From Oscillospiraceae bacterium (lineage in GTDB: Bacteria; Bacillota; Clostridia; Oscillospirales; Oscillospiraceae), in the NCBI GenBank assembly GCA_012513005.1, contig JAAZCZ010000061.1:5680-69679 (forward strand): a DNA stretch of 64,000 nt, in the 5' to 3' direction. Shown here in pieces: positions 8,223 through 17,557 of this stretch. The notes under the pieces were generated by a model. The model saw only the letters and a program-made list of their open reading frames with translations. It was not told where the DNA came from and searched no databases. The stretch's first letter is position 1; every line of letters begins with the position of its first letter. The position numbers and the translations under genes are program-made.

Positions 8223-9993
8223 TGTTATCCTCCTTAATTATTGTAACAATATTTTTAAATTTTTTTATTTCGTCAATGTCTCGTTTTTCTGCAAACGGTA
8301 CATCAGACGTCATCTTCTTAATAGAAACCTTATAATGCCTGCCGCTAAGCTCATGTGCTGAAACTGCAATTGCATCGCTCACTTCACTTTTGCTCAGAAT
8401 CTCATAAGCAAAGCCGGGCTTAAGCAGCACAGATATTTGACCATCTTCCACTTCACCGACAGAATCATTGGAATTTGATAAAACGGCAAATAAGTGCGCT
8501 TTTAGCTTTAGCTCTAAGTTGCTGAGAATCTCTTCCCATGTAATATCATTATTGTAGATTTGAGGCTTGACATTCTCTTTCGGCTCTTCCGGTTTTTCCG
8601 TAATTTCCTGCACTTCTAAAATATCACTATGTAATTTTTCATCAGTAATATTGTCCGGTGCAGATAACAAAGATTCAGCAGCAATATCTGAGTTTTTAGT
8701 GTTTTGAATCTCAGAATAAGGAATTGCAGCGATAGCATCCTCAGCAGGTTCATTCGAAATCATATTTTCAGATACAGCCTCAGCGGAAAATGCAGCTTTT
8801 ACATCTCGATTACTGATCGCATTATTTAATTTATCTTCAAGAAAAGAAATCCGTTCATATAAATCGGTACAGGAATCATCAATAATTTTCTCATTTCCGA
8901 CATTACATAGCTCTATCAAGCAAATTTCAGCAGTAATAGATGGGGAAGGGCCTGTTCTCATGGAGGAAATTCCGTTTTTAATCTTTTCCATAGAACGAAT
9001 AAGTTGCGACGAGGTTGCTAGTGTAGTTAATGGCTTTACATCCGAATCCGAATAACCTACATTTATTAGCGCATGCGCCTTAGATTTTGAGCCCGCAGCC
9101 AGTTTATAGACAAAAATATCTCTGTATAGGGCTAGAAGCTCAGATAAAATAGCAGCAGGGTCTTTGCCTAAATTCCAGTTTTTGCGATAAATCGACAAAA
9201 CCTCAGAAACGTTGCCCACTATAGCTGCTTTATAAAGCGAGATTGCTTCGCTCCTGCCCAAGATACCCATAGTGTCAAAAACTGTTTCTAAGGATACCGT
9301 TTGCGACATAGAACACTGATCTAAAATTGATATGGCATCACGCAATGAGCCCTCCGAAAGTCTGGCTATAAGCTCAGATGCCTCAGTTTCAAGATTAATG
9401 TTCTCTTTATCAGCAATATTCAAAATTCTCTCAGAAATCTCATCGGAACTAATTCTTCTGAATCCAAAACGCTGACAACGAGACAGTATTGTAATCGGAA
9501 CCTTATGAAGCTCGGTTGTTGCAAGTATAAAAACAAGGTGGGCAGGGGGCTCTTCAATTATTTTAAGTAAGGCATTAAAGGCTGCCGTGGTGAGCATATG
9601 AACTTCGTCTATTATATACACACGCTTCTTAACACCGGCAGGTGAATAAATAGCTTCACTCCGAAGAAGGCGGGCATCCTCGACCTTGTTGTTTGAAGCT
9701 GCATCAATTTCAATTACATCTAATATAGAACCGTCACTAATCCCGACACAAGCTGCGCATTTGTTGCAAGGGTTTCCGTTTTGGGGATTTAAGCAGTTTA
9801 CTGCCTTGGATAAAATCTTTGCACAGCTCGTTTTTCCTGTTCCTCTTGTACCAACAAATAGGTAAGCATGTGAAAGCTTTCCGGAATCAACTTGAGATTT
9901 GAGAACATCAGTAATATGACTTTGACCGACAACGTCATCAAAGCTTAGAGGTCTGTATTTTCGGTAAAGTGCCTGATACATTGAATTCTCCAA
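8215..9993 (-). CDS. dnaX: DNA polymerase III subunit gamma/tau
   Basis: Walker A GTRGTGKTSCAKI, zinc module CNKCAAC, DEVHML, and sensor motif SRCQRF. Confidence 0.93.
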   Translation of the reverse strand: MENSMYQALYRKYRPLSFDDVVGQSHITDVLKSQVDSGKLSHAYLFVGTRGTGKTSCAKILSKAVNCLNPQNGNPCNKCAACVGISDGSILDVIEIDAASNNKVEDARLLRSEAIYSPAGVKKRVYIIDEVHMLTTAAFNALLKIIEEPPAHLVFILATTELHKVPITILSRCQRFGFRRISSDEISERILNIADKENINLETEASELIARLSEGSLRDAISILDQCSMSQTVSLETVFDTMGILGRSEAISLYKAAIVGNVSEVLSIYRKNWNLGKDPAAILSELLALYRDIFVYKLAAGSKSKAHALINVGYSDSDVKPLTTLATSSQLIRSMEKIKNGISSMRTGPSPSITAEICLIELCNVGNEKIIDDSCTDLYERISFLEDKLNNAISNRDVKAAFSAEAVSENMISNEPAEDAIAAIPYSEIQNTKNSDIAAESLLSAPDNITDEKLHSDILEVQEITEKPEEPKENVKPQIYNNDITWEEILSNLELKLKAHLFAVLSNSNDSVGEVEDGQISVLLKPGFAYEILSKSEVSDAIAVSAHELSGRHYKVSIKKMTSDVPFAEKRDIDEIKKFKNIVTIIKEDNNG

Positions 9994-10006
9994 TCTAATA
10001 ATGATG

Positions 10007-10303
10007 GCGACTCTTTACAAGACTGCACACCCTTGATTGAATGATGCGGTACATCCGCCATCCATCAGCCAACTATTTCCCGGCTTACCTGCGGCACACG
10101 GAGTTGCCCGCTTAATGCTGCTCGGTTCCCCGCCTGACATGGTTCACGGGTTTCCGTTGCGAAGGACCGGAACGTCAACGTTACTTAATGGACGCAGACA
10201 ATACACCACATATCCTCTCTCGGGAATCCATCCCTGCTATAGCGGATTGCAGGTCACAGGGCACCGCTAGCTCCCCGATTGGTGCAGCCTTGTAAAAAGT
10301 CGC
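10007..10303 (-). ncRNA. ffs: signal recognition particle RNA, large Bacillus-type with Alu domain (scRNA)
   Basis: The reverse complement contains the domain IV core GAACCATGTCAGGCGGGGAACCGAGCAGCATTAAG and the Alu-domain block GGTGCCCTGTGACCTGCAATCCGCTATAGCAGGG. Both are close to my recollection of B. subtilis scRNA. The ends (10007-10028 and 10282-10303) pair as a near-perfect 22-bp terminal stem. The location upstream of dnaX is conserved in Firmicutes. Confidence 0.9.
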
Positions 10304-10309
10304 ATAAAC

Positions 10310-10338
10310 ATTCTACAACAATACTTAGGTTTTTGCAA
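10310..10338 (-). promoter_or_regulatory. candidate sigma-A type promoter for SRP RNA
   Basis: On the minus strand: TTGCAA (10333-10338), 17 nt, TAGAAT (10310-10315). This places the transcription start at about 10303, which is the first base of the terminal stem. Confidence 0.5.
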
Positions 10339-10391
10339 TCTGATTTTATTAATAATATAAGGCAAAGCAGGCAATAATAAAGCCTCTCAGG

Positions 10392-10420
10392 TTGCATATT
10401 ATACTCTTTAGATATATAAT
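10392..10420 (+). promoter_or_regulatory. candidate sigma-A type promoter for radA
   Basis: TTGCAT (10392-10397), 17 nt, TATAAT (10415-10420). It lies downstream of the ORF-track... upstream start region, so the predicted transcript excludes the GTG at 10423 only marginally and favours the ATG at 10459. Confidence 0.5.
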
Positions 10421-10458
10421 TAGTGAAAATAATTTTACATATTGAACGGAAAATATTA

Positions 10459-11820
10459 ATGAAGCAAAAGATAGTTTACTACTGCACGGAGTGCGGCAAT
10501 GAAACGCCAAAATGGGCAGGGAAGTGCCCGGCTTGCGGGGCTTGGAATACCTTGGATGAGCAGCTTGTTAAGCCGAGCGCAAAATCTAAGGTGCTGCAAA
10601 CAAAACCTATATCGCAGTCTGTATTAATTTCTGACATTTCATCTGCTGAGGAAATAAGATTTAAAACAGGCATGAACGAACTAAACAGAGTTCTTGGCGG
10701 AGGTGCTGTTAGAGGCTCGATTGTTTTGGTTGGCGGTTCGCCCGGAGTCGGCAAATCAACATTGTTGCTGCAGCTTTGCGGAAATTTAGCAGATAGTGAA
10801 AAAATACTATATATAACAGGCGAGGAAAGCCCGGCTCAGCTAAAAATGAGAGCAGGGAGGCTCGGCATTGACAAAGGCGAAATATTAGTACATGCAGGAA
10901 CAGAAATATCGGATATATTTTCGGCAATATCAGCTGCAAAACCCAGCGTAGTTGTAGTTGACTCTATTCAGACAACCTATGACAGCGAAATATCAGCAAC
11001 TCCGGGCAGCATTACACAGGTTAGAGAATGTGCAATGGCAATAATGCGACTGGCAAAGGAAGAAGGTTTTACTGCATTTATTGTTGGGCACATTAATAAA
11101 TCCGGAAACATCGCAGGTCCAAAGGTACTAGAACACATGGTAGACTGCGTATTGTATTTTGAGGGCGACCAAAGTCTCGGATATCGTATTTTACGGGCCG
11201 CAAAAAACAGATTTGGCTCAACAAATGAGATAGGGGTATTTGAAATGGCGGACAAGGGCCTTAAAGAGGTCTTAAATCCCTCTGAAATGCTCCTTTCAGG
11301 CAGACCCACAGATTCACCAGGAACGATAGTCACTTGCATTATGGAGGGTTCCAGGCCTATTTTAGCTGAGATACAGGCACTTGTTGCAAAAACTAGCTTT
11401 GCTTCGGCGAGAAGAAACTCAAACGGCATAGATTTTAACAGGGCAATGCTTCTGATTGCAGTTCTTGAAAAGCTGGTTGGGCTAAAGATGTCCGAATGTG
11501 ACTCCTATATCAATGTTGTAGGTGGTCTTAGGATTGATGAAACATCAGCAGATCTTGCTACATTGTTAGCTCTGGTATCCAGCTACTATGACAAGGAAAT
11601 CTCATCCGGATTAGCGGCAGTAGGCGAAGTAGGGCTTTCCGGGGAAGTGAGACAGGTTGCGCAAATAAACCAGAGGCTGGCAGAAATTGCACGCATGGGA
11701 TTTAGCGGATGTATTGTTCCATTCCATAGCAAAGGTGAAATTACAGCCCCAAAAGACCTTAAAATTATTAAAGTTAAAAACATTAAAGAAGCGATAAGAG
11801 AAGCTTTGACAAATGGATAA
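10459..11820 (+). CDS. radA: DNA repair protein RadA/Sms
   Basis: Zinc finger CTECGNETPKWAGKCPACGAWNT, Walker A GGSPGVGKSTLLLQ, the RadA-specific KNRFG motif, and a Lon-protease-like C-terminal domain. I chose the ATG at 10459 (MKQKIVYYC). Confidence 0.93.
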   Translation: MKQKIVYYCTECGNETPKWAGKCPACGAWNTLDEQLVKPSAKSKVLQTKPISQSVLISDISSAEEIRFKTGMNELNRVLGGGAVRGSIVLVGGSPGVGKSTLLLQLCGNLADSEKILYITGEESPAQLKMRAGRLGIDKGEILVHAGTEISDIFSAISAAKPSVVVVDSIQTTYDSEISATPGSITQVRECAMAIMRLAKEEGFTAFIVGHINKSGNIAGPKVLEHMVDCVLYFEGDQSLGYRILRAAKNRFGSTNEIGVFEMADKGLKEVLNPSEMLLSGRPTDSPGTIVTCIMEGSRPILAEIQALVAKTSFASARRNSNGIDFNRAMLLIAVLEKLVGLKMSECDSYINVVGGLRIDETSADLATLLALVSSYYDKEISSGLAAVGEVGLSGEVRQVAQINQRLAEIARMGFSGCIVPFHSKGEITAPKDLKIIKVKNIKEAIREALTNG

Positions 11821-12565
11821 ATCTTTTATTTGTAGTCCAAACTTACCGAAAAATAACGTAAGCACAGTTATAATAGGAAAAGCATATGAGAGCAGATTAA
11901 AAAATGCTTTTGACAGATTAAAAATTCGGGCTATTTCAGCAGAGCCAAGCAGAAATGTAGACAATAGAATTTCAAATCACATTGACTTGCAATTAATACA
12001 CCTGGGAAAAAACAAGTTTGTTGCTAATAAAGACAATATAGACTTAGTGAATATATTAACAGACTATGGAGCGGAGGTATTTGTTTCAGAGAGCAGCTTA
12101 GACAGCACTTATCCCGACGACTGCATATTAAACGCCTGCATAATAAATGAACATATAATTCATAATTTGGATATCACAGATTTTGCTATTTTAAAAAACC
12201 TAAATAAAAGTATTAAGCCTATAAATGTACAACAAGGATATTCTAAGTGTAACGTTTGCATTTTAAATTCTAAATCGATCATTACATCAGATAAAAAAAT
12301 TGCTGATGCTACAGAGCGGTGCGGTTTTGAGGTGCTGCTGATAAAACCGGGGTATATTAGTCTGCCGGGATACGAATACGGATTCATTGGTGGCGCATCA
12401 GTTAAGTTGTCAGAAAACACTGTTGCATTTACAGGTAAGTTTGATAAGCATCCTGACTGCCAAAAAATACTTGATTTTATTACAGAAAGAAAAATTAGTA
12501 TAGAATATCTTTCTCATGAAGATATATTCGATGTAGGCTCAATTATACCGATATTTGAAAACTAA
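11813..12565 (+). CDS. hypothetical protein of unknown function (possibly a DUF6873-like / guanidino-modifying-enzyme-fold protein; this is recollection only)
   Basis: 250-aa ORF whose ATG overlaps the radA stop (ATGGATAA, 8-nt overlap). A terminator follows at 12580. No motif I can assign with confidence. Blocks such as NHIDLQLIHLG, YPDDCILNA, QGYSKCNVCIL and GFIGGAS look like a conserved globular enzyme-like fold. Confidence 0.6.
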   Translation: MDKSFICSPNLPKNNVSTVIIGKAYESRLKNAFDRLKIRAISAEPSRNVDNRISNHIDLQLIHLGKNKFVANKDNIDLVNILTDYGAEVFVSESSLDSTYPDDCILNACIINEHIIHNLDITDFAILKNLNKSIKPINVQQGYSKCNVCILNSKSIITSDKKIADATERCGFEVLLIKPGYISLPGYEYGFIGGASVKLSENTVAFTGKFDKHPDCQKILDFITERKISIEYLSHEDIFDVGSIIPIFEN

Positions 12566-12579
12566 GCTATTTATCACCT

Positions 12580-12616
12580 AATAATTACACAAAATTTTTA
12601 TTTTGTGTAATTATTT
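12580..12616 (+). terminator. rho-independent terminator after the radA-coupled ORF
   Basis: AATAATTACACAAAAT-tttta-ATTTTGTGTAATTATT: a 16-bp AT-rich perfect hairpin with an embedded T-run. Confidence 0.6.
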
Positions 12617-12679
12617 AGAAACGTAGGGATTCTGAGTATTTAGCTCCCCCACACTATAATTCTCGGAGGGTTATATTTT

Positions 12680-13696
12680 TTGAGATTAAATAATGAAGCA
12701 CCTGAGGCAATTAGAAACTTTCTTATATATCATGAATCAATAAAGGGTCACTCAAAGAGCACAATCGATGAGTATTATTTAGACCTTAGAAATTTCTTTA
12801 GATTTATCAAACTTGAACACGGGCTATGTTCAGCAGATACTAACTTTGATGATATACCGATTAATGATGTAGATATTAAGCTAATTTCATCGGTTACATT
12901 AAACGATGTATACGCTTATCTTGTTTATCTTTCGCGACATAAAGTGGTTTATGAAAATACAAGATATCAAAAACGTGGGCTTAGTGCTTCTTCAAGAGCA
13001 CGAAAAGTCGCTACACTTCGCAGTTTTTATAAGTATTTAACTGTTACTACTAAGCAACTTGACTCAAATCCTATAGAAGGCTTAGAATCGCCTAAAAAAG
13101 CAATGTCACTTCCCCGCCATTTAAGCTTAGCTGAGTCTAAAAAACTGCTTTCTGCTGTTTCGGGTATTAATAAGGAACGAGATTACTGCATTATTTGTAT
13201 TTTTTTGAATTGTGGTCTTCGTATTTCCGAAATTGTTTCATTAGACTTATCAGATATTCATGAAAATAGCCTCAGAGTTACCGGTAAAGGAAATAAAGAG
13301 CGCACGGTTTTTCTTAATGATGCATGTATTGCAGCGTTAAATGACTATTTAATAGTCAGAAAAGACATGGCAGATAAAGACTGCCCTGCCCTATTTGTTT
13401 CAACCCGGCGAAAACGGCTGGTCAGAGAATCTGTGCATGCTATGGTCAAGAAAACATTAAAAAAAGCAGGCTTAGATTCTAGCAAGTATTCTTCGCACAA
13501 ACTAAGGCACACAGCTGCTACTTTGATGCTTCAGCACGGTGTTGATGTACGCACGCTACAAGAGGTTTTAGGTCACGAACATCTAAACACAACACAGATA
13601 TATGCTCATGTTGACAATGCTGAGCTTCGCCTTGCTGCTGCTGCCAATCCTTTAGCCAATTTTGATCCCGATAATACAGAAAATAACGATAAGTAG
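12680..13696 (+). CDS. tyrosine-type site-specific recombinase, XerC/XerD family
   Basis: Complete catalytic set: R (CGLRISE), K (GKGNKER), HxxR (HKLRHTAAT), H (LGHEH) and Y (TQIYAHV). TTG start with a GGAGGG RBS. The N-terminal SAM-like domain carries an insertion relative to a typical 295-aa XerD. Confidence 0.85.
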   Translation: MRLNNEAPEAIRNFLIYHESIKGHSKSTIDEYYLDLRNFFRFIKLEHGLCSADTNFDDIPINDVDIKLISSVTLNDVYAYLVYLSRHKVVYENTRYQKRGLSASSRARKVATLRSFYKYLTVTTKQLDSNPIEGLESPKKAMSLPRHLSLAESKKLLSAVSGINKERDYCIICIFLNCGLRISEIVSLDLSDIHENSLRVTGKGNKERTVFLNDACIAALNDYLIVRKDMADKDCPALFVSTRRKRLVRESVHAMVKKTLKKAGLDSSKYSSHKLRHTAATLMLQHGVDVRTLQEVLGHEHLNTTQIYAHVDNAELRLAAAANPLANFDPDNTENNDK

Positions 13697-13707
13697 GAGT
13701 AGAATTA

Positions 13708-15102
13708 ATGGTTTTTTCCAGCGTGTTGTTTTTATATATATATTTACCGGTTGTATTGCTAATATATTACATTACTCCTATTAAATGGAGAAATCCTGTT
13801 TTATTTGTGGCTAACCTTCTGTTTTATGGTTGGGGTGAGCCTATTTATGTCCTGCTCATGCTTTTTTCAATATCGGTCAACTATTATAATGGCTTATTAA
13901 TTGAAAAATACAGAGATAATAGAGCCAAGGCTAAGAGAGTTCTTATTATTAATATTGCAGTAAATCTTTTGATGCTGGGCTTTTTTAAGTATTATAATTT
14001 AATTGCCGAAACGCTAAGCTTAATACCGTTTATTAGTATCACAAAGCTAAATGTAGCCCTCCCTATCGGAATATCATTTTATACATTCCAAACTATGTCA
14101 TATACAATAGATTTGTACCGCGGAGAATCCGAAATTCAGAGGAATTTCATTAAATTCGGCACATTTGTGGCTCTGTTTCCGCAGCTTATTGCCGGACCTA
14201 TTGTCAGATATAAAGATGTTTCATCGCAGCTTGGTTTTAGAGCAAGCAGTATTGAGCAGCTATCCTCAGGTGTGCGCAGATTTACAATAGGACTTGCTAA
14301 AAAAGTTTTGATTGCCAATAATATTGGCCAATTATGGGACATTTATGCTGCGAATTATTCGAATTTGACCTTTGTCGGCTCTTGGATGGGAGTTTTTGCG
14401 TTTTCACTTCAAATCTTTTTTGATTTCTCGGGGTACTCTGATATGGCAATCGGGCTCGGGAAAATGATTGGCTTTGAATTTAAAGAAAACTTTGACTACC
14501 CGTTTATTTCAAAGAGTGTAACCGAGTTTTGGCGCAGGTGGCATATTTCCCTTGGCACTTGGTTTAAGGACTATGTTTATATACCGCTCGGCGGAAATAA
14601 GTTCGGACTCAAAAGGCAGCTTATTAACATATTCATTGTCTGGTCACTCACAGGTATTTGGCATGGTGCAAATTGGACATACTTGCTTTGGGGCATATAT
14701 TACGGCATACTGCTGGCAAGTGAAAAGCTTTTCCTGCTAAAATCTCTCGAAAGACTAAACAGTACAGTAAGACACATATATGTTATTTTTGCTGTTAACC
14801 TTGTTTGGCCATTGTTTCAGTTAAACAGCCTTCAGGCGGCAGCAACATATACTTCATCTATGTTTGGTTTTTCCCCTGCAGGACTTTATTCTGCAAATGA
14901 TATTTTTAATTTTAAAACATATTTTGCTGTGTTTGTTGTCGGTGTTATTGCCTGCACCCCTGTGTCAAAGAATCTGTTTAATAAGCTTCCGGATAAAGCT
15001 AAAAATATACTCTCCCCTATTTTTGTTGTAATAATTTTAATACTCTCAACTGCATACCTTGTTGATGCCACCTATAATCCGTTTTTATACTTTAGATTTT
15101 AG
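13708..15102 (+). CDS. MBOAT family O-acyltransferase (AlgI/DltB/PatA-like)
   Basis: Polytopic membrane protein with FYTFQTMSYTIDLYRG, WRRWHISLGTWFKDYVYIPLGGN and the catalytic-His block TGIWHGANW. Confidence 0.88.
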   Translation: MVFSSVLFLYIYLPVVLLIYYITPIKWRNPVLFVANLLFYGWGEPIYVLLMLFSISVNYYNGLLIEKYRDNRAKAKRVLIINIAVNLLMLGFFKYYNLIAETLSLIPFISITKLNVALPIGISFYTFQTMSYTIDLYRGESEIQRNFIKFGTFVALFPQLIAGPIVRYKDVSSQLGFRASSIEQLSSGVRRFTIGLAKKVLIANNIGQLWDIYAANYSNLTFVGSWMGVFAFSLQIFFDFSGYSDMAIGLGKMIGFEFKENFDYPFISKSVTEFWRRWHISLGTWFKDYVYIPLGGNKFGLKRQLINIFIVWSLTGIWHGANWTYLLWGIYYGILLASEKLFLLKSLERLNSTVRHIYVIFAVNLVWPLFQLNSLQAAATYTSSMFGFSPAGLYSANDIFNFKTYFAVFVVGVIACTPVSKNLFNKLPDKAKNILSPIFVVIILILSTAYLVDATYNPFLYFRF

Positions 15103-15114
15103 AGGTAATTGTAA

Positions 15115-16239
15115 TTGTCCAGAAAGTCAAAACTAATTGAAGTAGTAATATTCTTTACCTTCATTTTTTCTTTATTTATAATAAATTTAATAACCAAAGA
15201 CAAAGTTTTTTCTGAGCAAGAAAACAGGATGCTACAGCAGCGCCCGAAATTAAGCGTAGAGTCTTTACTCTCGGGCAAATTTATGGAGAACTTTGAATCA
15301 TATGTCTCAGACCAGTTTGTTTTGCGGGATAAGTGGATTAATATTAAAGCCGGTGCTGAGCTTGCCTCAGGTAAAATGCAGAACAACGGAGTGTTTTTGT
15401 GCCGCGGTGATGTTTTTATTGAGCCTTTAGCTACTCCCGACAAAGACTCCTTAGACAAAAAAACAGGGTATATTAATTCACTTAATAAGTCTTTTTCCTC
15501 TAAGATATACCTTGCTTTGATACCGGGTAAGGAAGGATTATATTCAGATTTACTGCCTACAGGCATTAATAATGCAAATCAAAGTGAAGTAATAAAGCAA
15601 ATATATGACGCCGCAGAAACAAATAACATCGATATGCAAACTATTCTTAGAAAGCGCAGCTCTGAATACATTTTTTACAGAACTGACCACCACTGGACAA
15701 CGCTGGGGGCGTACTATGGCAGCTGCGCTATCTTAAATAAAATGGACTTGCCTTATCCGGAGCTTAGCAGTTTTTCCGAAACAAGAAAAGTTATTTCCGA
15801 GTCTTTTTACGGAACTACATATTCAAAAGCGGGCTTTTCCAATGTTTCCCCTGATGTTTTTGAGCTTTTTGTTCCGGCTTTAGATGTGAAAGTCCTAAAC
15901 TACGGAAAAGGCAAAGCGGAAGCGGGCAATATGTATGACCTTAGTTTTGCTGATAAAAAAGACAAGTATTCAGTATTCTTTGGGGGGAACACTCCCCTTC
16001 TGGAAATCCAAACAAATGTTTTAGACAAAGAATCCTTACTCATAATAAGAGATTCATTTGCGGACAGTTTGACACCTTTTCTTATGCAGAGCTTTTCAAA
16101 AATATCTGTAATAGATCTTCGCTATTACAACAGCAGTTTAAAAGAATATATTGAAAAAATTAATTTTGACAAGATATTAATCTGCTACAGTTTAGCCGCT
16201 TTTATTAATGACACTAATCTTTATAAGCTTAGTAGCTGA
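15115..16239 (+). CDS. DHHW family protein (AlgX/AlgJ-like SGNH-type O-acetyltransferase partner of MBOAT)
   Basis: N-terminal signal anchor plus the diagnostic YRTDHHWTTLGAYY motif. The TTG start is 12 nt after the MBOAT stop. Confidence 0.75.
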   Translation: MSRKSKLIEVVIFFTFIFSLFIINLITKDKVFSEQENRMLQQRPKLSVESLLSGKFMENFESYVSDQFVLRDKWINIKAGAELASGKMQNNGVFLCRGDVFIEPLATPDKDSLDKKTGYINSLNKSFSSKIYLALIPGKEGLYSDLLPTGINNANQSEVIKQIYDAAETNNIDMQTILRKRSSEYIFYRTDHHWTTLGAYYGSCAILNKMDLPYPELSSFSETRKVISESFYGTTYSKAGFSNVSPDVFELFVPALDVKVLNYGKGKAEAGNMYDLSFADKKDKYSVFFGGNTPLLEIQTNVLDKESLLIIRDSFADSLTPFLMQSFSKISVIDLRYYNSSLKEYIEKINFDKILICYSLAAFINDTNLYKLSS

Positions 16240-16301
16240 AAACCTTTTGCAAAAAGTATTTTTTATGCTATTATCATATTAATTATTTCTATGAGGTGAA
16301 A

Positions 16302-17495
16302 ATGATGAACATCAAAATATCCAAAAGAATGTCCAAACCTGACTTCCAAGGCGAGTTTATCAAAGCAATTTTAAGTGCCGCAGCGGATCCTAATATCATT
16401 TCATTTGCCGGCGGACTTCCTAACCCCGTATCATTCCCTATTGAAAAAATGGAGCGCGCAGCAAAAGCTGTTCTTGAAGAAAATGGCGTAATGGCACTGC
16501 AGTATAATGGTGCACAGGGCTACTTACCTCTTCGAGAGTACATTTCTAAAAGATATAAAGAGAAAATGGGACTGGATATAAGTCCGCAGGAGATAATAAT
16601 AACTAACGGCTCTCAGCAGGCACTGGACATGTTTGCCGCTGTAATGGTTGACCCCGGCGACGAAATAATAGTTGAAAAGCCCACTTATTTAGCAGCACTT
16701 CAGTCGTTCCATCTATATGATCCGACTGTTTTATCAATTAATCTTAATGAGGATGGAATAGACTGTGACGAGCTTGCAAAAGCTGTCTCTGAACACAATC
16801 CGAAGTATATTTATTTAATACCCAACTTCCAGAATCCTACAGGTCTTACTTACAGTGCAGATGTCAGAAAAAAGGTTGCCGAGATTTTAAAGGGAAAAGA
16901 TATCATAGTACTTGAGGACAATCCCTATTCAGAGCTGCGCTTTGCCGGCACTCATCAGCCCTCCCTTGCAACATACCTTGGAGAGCAGTGCGCACTACTC
17001 GGCACTTTCTCTAAGATTGTTTCCCCCGGTATGAGAATCGGTTGGGTTGCCACAACTAACAAGCCGCTTTTAGAGAAGCTTCTGGCACACAAGACAACAA
17101 TGGACCTACATACCAATATTTTTGGTCAAATGGTTATGGAACGCTTCTTAGCCGAAAATGATTTAGATAAGCATATTGAAGAAACTATTGAGCTTTACAA
17201 AAATAAAGCTGAGTATATGATAGCATGTATGGAAAAATACTTGCCCGCCGGTGTCACCTACACGAAGCCCGAAGGCGGTATGTTTATTTGGGCTACAATG
17301 CCTGAGGGAATCGCAGCTGTAGACGTTCAAAACGCCACTATTAAAAAAGGTGTTTCCGTCTGTGCAGGAGATCCTTTTTATGAGTCTGACAGAGGTGTCA
17401 GAACTATGAGAATTAACTACTCCAACAGCTCTGATGAGGCTATTGAGCGCGGCATCAAGGTTCTCGGCGAAGTAATAAAAGAATTTATGAAATAA
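16302..17495 (+). CDS. PLP-dependent aminotransferase (class I/II fold, ARO8/2-aminoadipate transaminase-like)
   Basis: LAGGLPNP-type N-terminal block (FAGGLPNPVSFP), NPTG (FQNPTGLTY) and the PLP-lysine block TFSKIVSPGMRIGW. The start is ambiguous among GTG 16296, ATG 16302 and ATG 16305. An AGGTGA RBS lies at 16294-16299. Confidence 0.8.
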   Translation: MMNIKISKRMSKPDFQGEFIKAILSAAADPNIISFAGGLPNPVSFPIEKMERAAKAVLEENGVMALQYNGAQGYLPLREYISKRYKEKMGLDISPQEIIITNGSQQALDMFAAVMVDPGDEIIVEKPTYLAALQSFHLYDPTVLSINLNEDGIDCDELAKAVSEHNPKYIYLIPNFQNPTGLTYSADVRKKVAEILKGKDIIVLEDNPYSELRFAGTHQPSLATYLGEQCALLGTFSKIVSPGMRIGWVATTNKPLLEKLLAHKTTMDLHTNIFGQMVMERFLAENDLDKHIEETIELYKNKAEYMIACMEKYLPAGVTYTKPEGGMFIWATMPEGIAAVDVQNATIKKGVSVCAGDPFYESDRGVRTMRINYSNSSDEAIERGIKVLGEVIKEFMK

Positions 17496-17507
17496 CTGTT
17501 ATAAAAC

Positions 17508-17537
17508 AGAAATAGGAGCCGTAAGGCTCCTATTTCT
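17508..17537. terminator. bidirectional terminator between the aminotransferase and the convergent ATPase-like gene
   Basis: AGAAATAGGAGCC-gtaa-GGCTCCTATTTCT: a perfect 13-bp stem. Confidence 0.8.
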
Positions 17538-17557
17538 ATATTAAAGCTCAAAACCAA

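Noticed and set aside
10037-10270. 77-aa plus-strand ORF from the ORF track.
   Set aside because: It lies entirely inside, and antisense to, the SRP RNA gene (10007-10303, minus). It has no RBS and a Pro/Gly/Arg-rich composition typical of reading through a GC-rich structured RNA.
12580-12616. A 16-bp perfect inverted repeat just upstream of the tyrosine recombinase, considered as a recombination or inversion site.
   Set aside because: The arms are separated by only 5 nt and sit directly after a stop codon with a T-run, so this is a terminator hairpin. No second copy that could bound an invertible or excisable segment was seen downstream of the recombinase/MBOAT/DHHW block.
12617-12679. A perfect TATAAT at 12655-12660 as the promoter of the recombinase operon.
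   Set aside because: No acceptable -35 lies at 16-19 nt, and the predicted start would fall inside the GGAGGG RBS at 12665-12670. I therefore did not call it, and the real promoter for this block is unresolved.
12680-13696. The tyrosine recombinase as a marker of an integrated mobile element or genomic island.
   Set aside because: The neighbours are radA on one side and ordinary metabolic and cell-envelope genes on the other. There are no phage, conjugation, transposase or excisionase genes, no tRNA or tmRNA attachment site adjacent, and no flanking direct repeats that I could find by eye.
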